25,156 bases of DNA from Candidatus Zixiibacteriota bacterium (lineage in GTDB: Bacteria > Zixibacteria > MSB-5A5 > WJJR01): NCBI GenBank assembly GCA_036170655.1, contig JAVHPP010000180.1, positions 1 through 25,156 of the forward strand. Reading direction: 5' to 3'. The notes below the pieces were generated by a model, which saw nothing but the letters and a program-made list of their open reading frames with translations, was not told where the DNA came from and ran no database searches. The position numbers and the translations under genes were made by a program. The stretch's first letter is position 1, and each line of letters begins with the position of its first letter. Below, one piece after another: positions 16,757-25,156 of this stretch.

Positions 16757-17733
16757 GGCGTCTCACGTCCCGGGAGATGGGATTCGGATCCCACAGTCAA
16801 CTGGCGGAATACGTCTTCCAGACGGGTGATCTCGCGGCGCATTTCCAACAGAATCCACTGACGGTCACGCACGAGAGAGAAGACCGGCTCCCGCAGATCG
16901 GCGCCCGCCGCGCATTGAATGACAAAGCGTCCGCAGCCATCGCTCACCGGCTCGCCCTCCGAGGCATCGGCGGAGGCGACGCGGGCGGCTCCGGTCAAAC
17001 GCCCGAGCGCGGACCGAATTTCTGCGATCGGACCTTTGATCTCCACAATCAAACGCTCCTGACCATGGGCCGCCGCGCGGAGCGCTGCGGGGGTCCCATC
17101 GGCAACAATCTTGCCACGGTTGATAATCAGCACACGTTTGCAGGCAGCTTCAACTTCAGACAAGATGTGCGTGCAGAGAATCAATGTTTTAGCGCGGCCC
17201 AGTTCCTTGATCAACGCCCGAATTTCGACGATCTGGTTGGGATCAAGTCCGACGGTGGGCTCGTCCAGAAGAAGAATCTCGGGATCGTGAATCATCGCCT
17301 GCGCGAGACCGACGCGCTGGCGATACCCCTTGGACAATTCGCCGATGTCCTTCTTCACGACCTCACCAAGTCCGCAGAGCTCGATCATGCGGCGATTGCG
17401 GCCGGAGACCTCGGAGCGCGGCAAACCGCGCAACCGTTGCGTGAACGTCAGGTACTCGACGACGTTCATGTCGGTGTAGAGGGGCGTGCTTTCCGGGAGG
17501 TAACCGATCTTGCGGCGCACCGCGAGCGAGTTGTCGATCGCGTCGAGATTGTCGACCAGGACCTGCCCCTCGGTCGGCGGCATGTAGCCGGTGATGATCT
17601 TCATCGTCGTTGTTTTGCCGGCGCCATTGGGGCCCAGGAATCCCATGACCTCACCGGTCGGGACGGTAAAGCTCACCCGCTCGATGGCCTTGGTGGGACC
17701 GTAGTTCTTGCTGAGGTTTCTGACTTCGATCAT
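16753..17733 (-). CDS. ABC transporter ATP-binding protein (GldA-like)
   Basis: Walker A GPNGAGKTT, signature LSKGYRQRVGLAQA, Walker B ILLLDEP and H-loop THILSEV. ATGA overlap with the permease. Confidence 0.95.
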   Translation of the reverse strand: MIEVRNLSKNYGPTKAIERVSFTVPTGEVMGFLGPNGAGKTTTMKIITGYMPPTEGQVLVDNLDAIDNSLAVRRKIGYLPESTPLYTDMNVVEYLTFTQRLRGLPRSEVSGRNRRMIELCGLGEVVKKDIGELSKGYRQRVGLAQAMIHDPEILLLDEPTVGLDPNQIVEIRALIKELGRAKTLILCTHILSEVEAACKRVLIINRGKIVADGTPAALRAAAHGQERLIVEIKGPIAEIRSALGRLTGAARVASADASEGEPVSDGCGRFVIQCAAGADLREPVFSLVRDRQWILLEMRREITRLEDVFRQLTVGSESHLPGRETP

Positions 17734-17783
17734 GGCAATAAAATCATCGCTTCGGCGGCCTCAATCATGCCGACAGATGTGCG

Positions 17784-17811
17784 AGTTTACGGTTCTTGCG
17801 GAAAAAATCAA
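17784..17811 (-). promoter_or_regulatory. Putative sigma70 promoter of the Gld-like ABC operon
   Basis: Minus strand TTGATT, 16-bp spacer, TAAACT. Confidence 0.5.
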
Positions 17812-18031
17812 GGGGCTTTCCGTCTATTCAGATACTTGCGATTCAGCATGACCTTTGGATCCACTTTTGTTTCCCGTAGCCGCGGTACCCGCAAGAAATT
17901 GACCATCATAAACTTACAGTCAATGGTGGGGCCTCCAAGAATCAATTATACAACGCCGGGTTGGTGTGGTTCCCCACGGGGGATTGTGTGGATGGCCCGG
18001 CCGCCTGATGTGACCGACGAGTCCAAGTCAC

Positions 18032-18066
18032 AAAACAGAGGCGGGCGCCGATGTGCGGCCCGCCTC
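18032..18066 (-). terminator. Intrinsic terminator after the OmpA-domain gene
   Basis: Stem GAGGCGGGC / GCCCGCCTC followed on the minus strand by TGTTTT. Confidence 0.7.
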
Positions 18067-18097
18067 GCGATGCTTTCTTCTGTCCAAAGTGGCTTAT

Positions 18098-18742
18098 TTA
18101 CTGCGCAAAGCCCTGAACATTGATGGTCACATTCCGATTCTTGGCGCGTCCTTGCTCCGTGTCGTTGGATTCGGTGGGAGCATCTTTGCCGAAGGTACGG
18201 ATGTTGAGGCGGCCAAGATTGATATTTTGCGAGTTGACCAGATACATCCGGGCAGCATCCGCACGCTTCTGCCCAAGGACAATATTGTAATCAGTGGAAC
18301 CAACACCGTCACAATGCCCACCCATCTCCGCCACCAGATCGGGGTCGGTTTTGAGCTTGTCCGCGATCTTGTCCAAGGTGGCCTTGGACTCCGGGCGAAG
18401 ATCGAACTTGTTGAAATCGAAGTAGATTTCATCGGTCATCACCGTGACATACTCTTTGCGGCAGCACTTGAGCGCCTTTTCGGCAGTGGTGTTGGCCTGC
18501 TCGGCCAGCTTTTCGTTGGCAGTGAGCCTCTTTTCGAGGTCATCGACCCGGCGCTTGAGAGCATCCAGATCGTCATTGTTGTTGCCCCAATGCCCAGTGG
18601 TATCGGGCACCTGCCTGGTGGTAATCGAGGCACCGCTCGCCGGCCCACACTGGACAGTACCAGGGGCTTGGAAGGCACAACCCGATAGAACGGCCATACA
18701 GACCGTCAGAAGCAGTATTTTCAGACCTTGAGCACGTGACAT
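18098..18742 (-). CDS. OmpA/Pal-domain peptidoglycan-binding lipoprotein with an N-terminal coiled coil (214 aa)
   Basis: ATG 18742 after AAAGGAGGAGGG, lipobox LSG-C, heptad segment LDALKRRVDDLEKRL...AEQANTTAEKAL, and OmpA core IYFDFNK...GHCD..GSTDYNIVLGQKRA...NRNV. Confidence 0.92.
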   Translation of the reverse strand: MSRAQGLKILLLTVCMAVLSGCAFQAPGTVQCGPASGASITTRQVPDTTGHWGNNNDDLDALKRRVDDLEKRLTANEKLAEQANTTAEKALKCCRKEYVTVMTDEIYFDFNKFDLRPESKATLDKIADKLKTDPDLVAEMGGHCDGVGSTDYNIVLGQKRADAARMYLVNSQNINLGRLNIRTFGKDAPTESNDTEQGRAKNRNVTINVQGFAQ

Positions 18743-18892
18743 CCCTCCTCCTTTCAGGAGCGCACAATTAAGTCTATTCTCGTCAGTCAATCCAGCCCAA
18801 TCATCGTCCGGTTGCCGCCGGATATCTCTCTCATCTCATTATCGGCGTGTCGGCCCGCTTTTCAAGCGCCAGCACGCCAAAAGGTTGGGGGA

Positions 18893-18921
18893 ATAGTATG
18901 GGGTTGCGCACAGGTGGTCAA
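18893..18921 (-). promoter_or_regulatory. Putative sigma70 promoter of the OmpA-domain gene
   Basis: Minus strand TTGACC, 17-bp spacer, TACTAT. Confidence 0.6.
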
Positions 18922-19028
18922 GGAAAATCTGCATGGTTTTGGAGGGGTCTGGCGTGTCCGATTTGATGTCAGGCGAAAATGGGGCTTGTCGCTACTTCGT
19001 ACCCCACCGCGGTTTTTGCCGTGTTGAG

Positions 19029-19078
19029 TGTTACCCATGTCCCCGGATCAAACGGTTAACCATGTCCCCACTCCGTAC
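19029..19078. mobile_element. Solo IS481-family-like terminal sequence (no transposase)
   Basis: Direct repeats GTTACCCATGTCCCC (19030-19044) and GTTAACCATGTCCCC (19055-19069) at a 25-bp period, ending ...CCGTAC. This matches the tandem-site layout I recognise from IS481-family ends. Confidence 0.55.
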
Positions 19079-19186
19079 CCGGTGAGATGCCCACGGCAAG
19101 CTCGGGGCACCCGGCAGTACCGGCTCGTCATCCATCACGACAACGGATATCTGTGCCAAGGTGGGCGCCGGTCGCTGAGGCAGACG

Positions 19187-20821
19187 TTACGCTGAATGCT
19201 CTCCCAGGATGGGAATGGCTTCTTTAAGCCGAGAAGCACGCGTCGGCGCCACCTTCTGGCGGGTTGCCGACATTAAACGGGGCACTGGGGAAGCGCTTGT
19301 ACACTCGGTCTTCAAGTACGCATAGGGATCGTGGTAGACGGCCTCCGGTGGCAGCCATTCACAGAACGGACCAAGGTCCCGGCGAATCTGGTTAATGTAG
19401 AGAGCGGGCAGTTCGGTGGTCTCCTGCTCAAAATAGGCGCGGAATTGTGCATCGGACTGAAGCTGCTCGCGAATCATGCGATAGTATCTGATCCGTCCCG
19501 CCCCTTCTGTGGAGACGGCACGAAGCAGATTCAGGGCGCCGGGTATCGACGCGCCATTGGCGCCGAGACGATTGACCATCATCCTCGGGGAGCAGGCGTG
19601 CCGCGTGACATCGATCACGTGTCCGTAAAATGCGGGCCACGTATAGTTCTTCACCCGCACGTTCATCTGAGTGTTGTTCAGAAAGTGGAACGGAAACGGC
19701 AGGACGCGGCCGGCACGCTGGTAATCGAGATTGAGGACCGCCGCCTGGCCAAAACTGCTGAGCATCGAGAAGGCGGGGTAAGTGCCGGGAGCCAAATCGA
19801 GGAACTTCTTGGTCAGTTCGAAGGGTTCGGGCCCTTCATCGCTGTCGAGACCGAATACAAAGTTGGTCTGCATGTAGGGAATATGGCGCAGAATCATGTT
19901 GACCTGATCGGCGACTTTCTGAACTTTGACCATTCCCGTGTCGGCTCCGGTCTTGGACTTTGCCCCCAATTCGTACCAGGACTCGATTCCCGGCAGGAGG
20001 GCTTTGAAACCGTTGCGTTTCAGCCGCTGGACATGGGGTTCCGAGAGGATCGACAGACTGCTCTCGGCGATGAAATCAATGCTGTTTTCGGGCACCGCCT
20101 CCTCGATGGCATCCATGCACTGATTGAACTGGATACCAAAGTTCGGATCGTGCCATCCGACACGAGGCCGCTTGAACTTTGTCCGGAGAAACCTCAGGTC
20201 GTCCTTCATGACCTCGAAGTCGAACGCATGATACGGCACGGCCGCATCGATGCAAAAACTGCACGTGTAGGGACATCCGAGACCGCCGAGCATCGGGACA
20301 ATCTTCAGATACGGAGCCTGGCGCAATGTGGCTTCAATAAACTTCCAGCGTTCGCGAACCCCGGGGAGTGTGGTGGGCTGCTGGTTGGCGGAGAGATGGA
20401 CACCAAGGGGGCGGTGCGGTGAGCAATCCTGGAGTACCTCATGGATCAGGGCTTGGTCGGTGAATCCAAGGACGTAATCAAAGTAGCGTTGCGCATCCTG
20501 AGGGTAACAACGCGCATGCGGACCGCCCAGCACGGTAACCGCGCCCTTCGACTGGAGCAACCGGCTCAGCGCGTAGGCAAGATGGGCGGACTCGGTAAAT
20601 GCCCCGATGAAGACGAGGTCCTGCCCCTCGGGCAATTCGCTCTGGAGATCCTTTACGCCCGTGTGGCAGACCAGCGTAACGTCGTGGCCCCAAGACTCGC
20701 ACCAGCAGGCGATCGCCTGCGGCATAATGCTGGCGAAATTGGCATTCATAACCCGCGACCACATACCGGGACGCCGCGATTTTGTCACCAAATCGACGAT
20801 ACCAACGCGAAGATTACGCAG
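19187..20821 (-). CDS. B12-binding domain radical SAM protein (544 aa if started at CTG 20821)
   Basis: Cobalamin-domain DLVFIGAFT...VLGGPHA, CxxxCxxC motif GCPYTCSFC, plus GIES and NFVFGLD. AGGAGG lies 5 nt before an in-frame CTG. Confidence 0.9.
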   Translation of the reverse strand: MRNLRVGIVDLVTKSRRPGMWSRVMNANFASIMPQAIACWCESWGHDVTLVCHTGVKDLQSELPEGQDLVFIGAFTESAHLAYALSRLLQSKGAVTVLGGPHARCYPQDAQRYFDYVLGFTDQALIHEVLQDCSPHRPLGVHLSANQQPTTLPGVRERWKFIEATLRQAPYLKIVPMLGGLGCPYTCSFCIDAAVPYHAFDFEVMKDDLRFLRTKFKRPRVGWHDPNFGIQFNQCMDAIEEAVPENSIDFIAESSLSILSEPHVQRLKRNGFKALLPGIESWYELGAKSKTGADTGMVKVQKVADQVNMILRHIPYMQTNFVFGLDSDEGPEPFELTKKFLDLAPGTYPAFSMLSSFGQAAVLNLDYQRAGRVLPFPFHFLNNTQMNVRVKNYTWPAFYGHVIDVTRHACSPRMMVNRLGANGASIPGALNLLRAVSTEGAGRIRYYRMIREQLQSDAQFRAYFEQETTELPALYINQIRRDLGPFCEWLPPEAVYHDPYAYLKTECTSASPVPRLMSATRQKVAPTRASRLKEAIPILGEHSA

Positions 20822-21450
20822 ACTGCCCTCCTGCAGATAGAATCAATTGGCCCCGGCCTGTGGGGAGCATCCAAGTACCAAAACTGGTGTCGCACGGATC
20901 AATCCGGGCGGGCACCAGATTAGACGCATGGCATGTGCGATATTCAGCGTGGTGGCCGTTTCTCTCTTGTGAGAGGAACCCTTCATGCCGGATGATACGA
21001 TACCGACACCCCGCCACCTAACAAAATCGCCACCGTTTTGAGCGGTTTTCGGCAATTGGGGGCCACAAGGGGCGAAAACATCCCCACAAACACCAATGCC
21101 CACAAGACATTAGCATTGTTAGAGCTGGCCTGACCCAGCCGGACCTGTTCACCACACCCAACATCCTTGATTGCCCCGAATTGTCCTTTGGAGAAGCCCC
21201 GGGACCGTCGGCAGACCCCATCGTGCCATCGCCGCGTGCCCTGACTTCGGAGCACGTTGAAAGAAAATGTAACGACCGGCCAGCATTTCAAAAGGAGAAG
21301 ATGGATTCCCGCGTTCGGGCCTGTTGAAAAATCCCCCGTGTGCCACAATCAAGCGCGGGGATGACGATTGGACGAGTATCAACACGCCCCAAGGCCGGGG
21401 ACATGGAGCAGTCAGTCGCCAATCCGACAACAGTGTGAATATAAGAGTTA

Positions 21451-22269
21451 CTATCGATGCGACTTTGACTCCGGCGGCAGCAGCGGATCGAAGAAGCGGT
21501 CCGGGATGTCCAGATTGAACGACTGCGTCAACACGTTCCACCGGTGCATCCCGCCACGGCGCAACCCGGTGAACTGCAGATGATCCATCTCCCAGAAGGG
21601 CAAATGCGACTGGAAGCGCTTGTACCAGATCTCGGTGACGAGTGCGCCATCAGCGGTCTTCTCTTCGAGCCGGACCTTGCGCGGACCGGTGGGCGACTTC
21701 CAGACGATTGTCCAGTCAGCTTTTTCGGAACGCCCTGCATACCTCCCCTTCTTGTCGGTTGGCAGGAGCGTGCGGACCCGGCCGGTACCACCCCAGCCGC
21801 CCGCGATGATATCGCGCCAGTAATCCGCAAAGAATGATGATAGGGGGATCTCATACTTTTCCAGGTTCTCCAGACGGTCCGCGACATATCGTCCCGTTGT
21901 GTGGTCGACAAACCAGAAATCCTCGTCGATCATCACGCCGGTGAAGGCCGGTATACCGAAGGGGCCGGTAGCGCTGACGCGGTAGCGCGCCGGGGACTTG
22001 TAGGCGATATCCAGGAAGAAATCCCCATGCGGTTCCACGCCCCTTGCCTGCCAACGCACACGGTAGGTCGCTGATGTGATCTGATCCCTTCGCTCTTGCA
22101 GGCGGGTCAGGATGGTCCGACCAAAATCTTCGTCTTCGGGGAGCGGGTGGTAGGCGCAGCCGGAAAGGACCAGGAACAGAACTGATAAACAGGATAGGAT
22201 GAATGGGAAAAATGGGAGAGCACGCCTCCTGCCAGCATCGCATGCCGAACGAACAGACATCTCATTCAT
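21451..22269 (-). CDS. Lipoprotein with a probable LolA/LolB-like (DUF4292-like) fold
   Basis: Lipobox VLSG-C, beta-rich body with YRVSATGPFG, and C-terminal FNLDIPDRFF typical of LolA-like proteins. The start overlaps the stop of the upstream protease gene. Confidence 0.6.
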   Translation of the reverse strand: MNEMSVRSACDAGRRRALPFFPFILSCLSVLFLVLSGCAYHPLPEDEDFGRTILTRLQERRDQITSATYRVRWQARGVEPHGDFFLDIAYKSPARYRVSATGPFGIPAFTGVMIDEDFWFVDHTTGRYVADRLENLEKYEIPLSSFFADYWRDIIAGGWGGTGRVRTLLPTDKKGRYAGRSEKADWTIVWKSPTGPRKVRLEEKTADGALVTEIWYKRFQSHLPFWEMDHLQFTGLRRGGMHRWNVLTQSFNLDIPDRFFDPLLPPESKSHR

Positions 22270-22942
22270 AGATCAGGGAATTGAGGACGCCCATGGGTAC
22301 GCCGGAGCAAATGTATGTTAATGCTCTGACGAACGGGCCCATGATCGCCCAGATCGGCGAGTATCCCGCCATGTATCCAACCAGAATCAACATCATCAGG
22401 ACCATCGGTCCGATGCGTTCGAGCTGGGACAGACGATAGTCCCAGGTGGCTGGCGCCAGACCATAGAGGATTTTGGACCCATCGAGCGGCGGCAGGGGGA
22501 TGAGATTGAAGAACGCCAGAGACAGATTCATAATGACGCCCATGGCAAAGATGCGCCCGATGGCATGCCAGAATCCCGCGGTCACCTGCGTTCCCCAGCC
22601 ACTGGCGATCATCGAGCGCACCAAGAGCCCGCATCCGAACGCCAGAATCAGATTCGAGACCGGGCCGGCAGCGGCGGTCAGGAACATTCCCCGTTTTTGA
22701 TTCGCAAAGTTACGGGGGTCAATCGGAACCGGCTTCGCCCAGCCAAAGCGAAAACCGGATAGGAAGAGCATCAGAGTGCCAAAGACATCCAGATGAACGA
22801 TGGGGTTAAGCGTCAACCGTCCCAGCATGCGTGCGGTCGGATCGCCCATGCGATTGCTCATCCAAGCATGAGACGCCTCGTGAAAGGTCAGCGAGAACAG
22901 GAGAACGGGCAGGAAAATGACAATGAAAGCAGGGTCCATCAT
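22262..22942 (-). CDS. Site-2 protease family intramembrane metalloprotease (M50)
   Basis: HEASH zinc motif, GRLTLNP, GWAKPVP, AAAGPVSN and FNLIPLPPLDGSKI. Confidence 0.96.
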   Translation of the reverse strand: MMDPAFIVIFLPVLLFSLTFHEASHAWMSNRMGDPTARMLGRLTLNPIVHLDVFGTLMLFLSGFRFGWAKPVPIDPRNFANQKRGMFLTAAAGPVSNLILAFGCGLLVRSMIASGWGTQVTAGFWHAIGRIFAMGVIMNLSLAFFNLIPLPPLDGSKILYGLAPATWDYRLSQLERIGPMVLMMLILVGYMAGYSPIWAIMGPFVRALTYICSGVPMGVLNSLIYE

Positions 22943-23094
22943 TCAGTTTGTCCTGTCGGCTGCTCGGCCTTTAATCTTTGATCCTTGGAGGAGTGAGGCA
23001 CTCCCCGGATTGACTCTTCTCAAGACGACGGAGAGAAACCAGTCCAGAGAGACGCCGCACTCCACGCTGGACCACGGATTGCGTGCGGTACATA

Positions 23095-24363
23095 TCACGC
23101 GTAGAGGCCGCGCATTTGGATCACTTCGGCAACCCGGCTGATGGCCAGCATGAAGGCGGCCACGCGCATCGGGATTTTGTGCTCCAGGGACAGGGCCAAC
23201 ACCTCTTGGAATGACCGATTCATGATCAGTTCCAAGCGCCGGTTGACTTCCTCCTCTTCCCAGAAGTACCCCATGCGATCCTGGACCCACTCGAAATAGG
23301 AGACGGTAACGCCGCCGGCATTGCAGAGGATGTCGGGAATGACAGGAATTCCCCGCGCGGCGAGAATCACGTCACCTTCGGGTGTGGTCGGACCGTTGGC
23401 GGCTTCGGCCACGAAGCGCGCGTGAATCTTGGCGGCGGCGTCTTTGGTAATGACGTTCTCGAGGGCCGCCGGTATCAGGACATCACACTCGGTGGCCAGC
23501 AGGGAGGCAGCATCGTATGGCTCGGACTGGGGAAATCCCTTGACCGACTTCGTCTGGGCCGCATACTGAAGGAGAGCTGGAATATCCAATCCCGCCTTAT
23601 TGGCGATAGCGCCATAGACATCGCCGATTGCGATAATCTTGCACCCATCCTTTGCCAGCAAATCTGCCGCCACCGATCCGACATTGCCGAATCCCTGAAT
23701 CACGACGCGGAGTCCCTGGAGTGGAAGACCAAGGTGGCGGGTCATGGCGCGCACACAGAACTGGACACCGCGGCCCGTAGCTTCACGCCGTCCCAGAGAA
23801 CCACCCATGGCGACCGGTTTTCCGGTGACAACGGCGGTTTCCGTGCGGCCCTGGTGCATGCTATAGGTATCCATCACCCACGCCATGATCTGCGGGTTCG
23901 TGTTGACATCGGGCGCGGGCACGTCGCGATCAGGGCCGATCACGTCAATCAGTTCAGCGGTGTAGCGCCGGGTCAGACGTTCGAGTTCCCCAAGGGATAG
24001 TTTTTTCGGGTCGCAGACGATTCCGCCCTTGGCGCCCCCAAAGGGAATCCCAACCACAGCGCACTTAAAGGTCATCCACGCAGAGAGCGCCTGTACCTCA
24101 TCCAGAGTGACATTGGGGTGAAAGCGGATGCCACCCTTGGCCGGGCCGCGCACGATGGAATGCTGCACACGATAGCCGGTGAACAAACGGTGTGTCCCAT
24201 CATCCATGATTATGGGAAGTTCGAGAATAATCGAACGGCGCGGGCGCTTGATGATCTCCAGAAAACCCGGATCAAGCTTCAGCAGGCGCGCCGCCTCATC
24301 GAACTGACGCATGGCGTTTTGAAAGGTCGAAACCTGAATGTCTGTGCTTTTCACGTTCATCAT
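23095..24363 (-). CDS. gdhA: Glutamate dehydrogenase (Glu/Leu/Phe/Val dehydrogenase family), ~422 aa
   Basis: GYRVQH...GPAKGGIRF, FGGAKGG, DVPAPDVNT, VTGKP, GFGNVG and NAGGVTVSYFEWVQ. Start placed at ATG 24363 after GAAAGGAAG, which removes the overlap with mpg. Confidence 0.96.
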   Translation of the reverse strand: MMNVKSTDIQVSTFQNAMRQFDEAARLLKLDPGFLEIIKRPRRSIILELPIIMDDGTHRLFTGYRVQHSIVRGPAKGGIRFHPNVTLDEVQALSAWMTFKCAVVGIPFGGAKGGIVCDPKKLSLGELERLTRRYTAELIDVIGPDRDVPAPDVNTNPQIMAWVMDTYSMHQGRTETAVVTGKPVAMGGSLGRREATGRGVQFCVRAMTRHLGLPLQGLRVVIQGFGNVGSVAADLLAKDGCKIIAIGDVYGAIANKAGLDIPALLQYAAQTKSVKGFPQSEPYDAASLLATECDVLIPAALENVITKDAAAKIHARFVAEAANGPTTPEGDVILAARGIPVIPDILCNAGGVTVSYFEWVQDRMGYFWEEEEVNRRLELIMNRSFQEVLALSLEHKIPMRVAAFMLAISRVAEVIQMRGLYA

Positions 24364-24392
24364 CAACTTCCTTTCGTTTCTGCTGTTCAAAT

Positions 24393-25058
24393 TCACCCGT
24401 TGGCGACGGCGGACGTTCGCGTGGCCGCCGCGGCGCGGCGCGAGGCACGCGTTCCGTTGCGATATAACGATACCCACTGGCTATCAGTGTCAAAAAAGCG
24501 CCAAGGCAGATGGCCGCCTTCGGAAACACCCACACGTCCGCTTCGGCCAATAGCCGCAGGCGCATCAACGCAACAGGCCACGTGAAGACGGGGACCACGC
24601 AAGTCGCTCCCGTTATCGCTGCCGGTTATCCCCAACGCGGCCGTCAGCTTTCCCGGTCCGTTGGTTAGATCATAATCACGCGTGACAGCACGGCGTGCTC
24701 GCATCAGGTCCAGACCGATCGACGGTTCCAGGGCCCGGATGAGGACAGCCGCCGGGAATCCCTCCGGCTCCGTGACGACATTCAACATCCAATGGTTGCC
24801 ATAGGTGAAGTACACATAGGCATGGCCGGGGGGACCATACATGACCTCGTTGCGCCGGGTCCTTCCCCGGAAAGCGTGACAAGCCGGATCATCCTCGCCA
24901 ATGTAGGCCTCTACCTCCACGATGCGACCACCGAGAGATTGCCCGTCCTCAGTAACAATCAGGCATCGTCCGAGCAGTTCCTGCGCGACCTCCAGCGTCG
25001 GCCGTTGGTAGAATGTGCGCGGAAGAGACCGCGACTGGTCACGGGGCGGAATTGCCAT
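24393..25058 (-). CDS. mpg: DNA-3-methyladenine glycosylase (AAG/Mpg family), ~221 aa
   Basis: GRIVEVEAY..EDDPACHA, GHAYVYFTYGNHW.LNVV, AVLIRALEP and LTNGPGKL. ATG 25058 is preferred over 25103. Confidence 0.95.
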   Translation of the reverse strand: MAIPPRDQSRSLPRTFYQRPTLEVAQELLGRCLIVTEDGQSLGGRIVEVEAYIGEDDPACHAFRGRTRRNEVMYGPPGHAYVYFTYGNHWMLNVVTEPEGFPAAVLIRALEPSIGLDLMRARRAVTRDYDLTNGPGKLTAALGITGSDNGSDLRGPRLHVACCVDAPAAIGRSGRVGVSEGGHLPWRFFDTDSQWVSLYRNGTRASRRAAAATRTSAVANG

Positions 25059-25065
25059 GCCCACG

Positions 25066-25093
25066 AGTGTACCAAAATGGGGGCGAAAATCAA
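25066..25093 (-). promoter_or_regulatory. Extended -10 promoter positioned for a leaderless mpg transcript
   Basis: Minus strand TTGATT, 16-bp spacer, TG-G-TACACT, then 7 nt to the ATG. No Shine-Dalgarno. Confidence 0.6.
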
Positions 25094-25156
25094 CTGGTTT
25101 CATCCGGGAGAGGCGTCCCAGTGGCGTCCGCCTTCGCTTCTTGCGGATGAAAACGC

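Noticed and set aside
13461..20422. Plus-strand ORFs 13461-14366, 14664-15536, 16747-18123, 18053-18688 and 19331-20422
   Set aside because: Each is antisense to a well-supported minus-strand gene.
21318..21336. GGCCTGTTGAAAAATCCCC resembling an IS terminal inverted repeat
   Set aside because: It is short, with no partner repeat or transposase in the window.
20822..21450. Cobalamin or other riboswitch, or small genes, upstream of the radical SAM gene
   Set aside because: No B12-box or other riboswitch consensus was found by eye, and the short ORFs lack convincing starts or motifs.

Overview
GC-rich bacterial chromosomal window. A Cys-rich dockerin-like C-terminal domain suggests an FCB-group organism such as Zixibacteria (inference). 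From left to right it holds: an RND efflux permease (runs off the left edge, absent from the ORF track) with its periplasmic adaptor; a secreted FN3/dockerin-like protein; and a dense non-coding island (5222-5977). The island contains two different REP doublets flanking an apparently stand-alone ~215-nt transcription unit with a sigma70 promoter, a 14-nt complement to the 16S rRNA 3' end, a 12-codon ORF, stem-loops and a terminator. Next come a five-gene envelope cluster (Ser/Thr kinase with PEGA domain, two TPR/CsgG-like proteins, an outer-membrane beta-barrel, a degenerate C39-like protein), acpS, a GldA/F/G-type ABC system with DUF4340, and an OmpA-domain lipoprotein. These are followed by a solo IS481-like end, a B12-binding radical SAM gene with a probable CTG start, a lipoprotein, a site-2 protease, glutamate dehydrogenase and a probably leaderless 3-methyladenine glycosylase. 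The best candidates for new biology are the small RNA/peptide unit and the kinase-CsgG-barrel cluster. All family calls come from motif recognition by eye; no searches were run.
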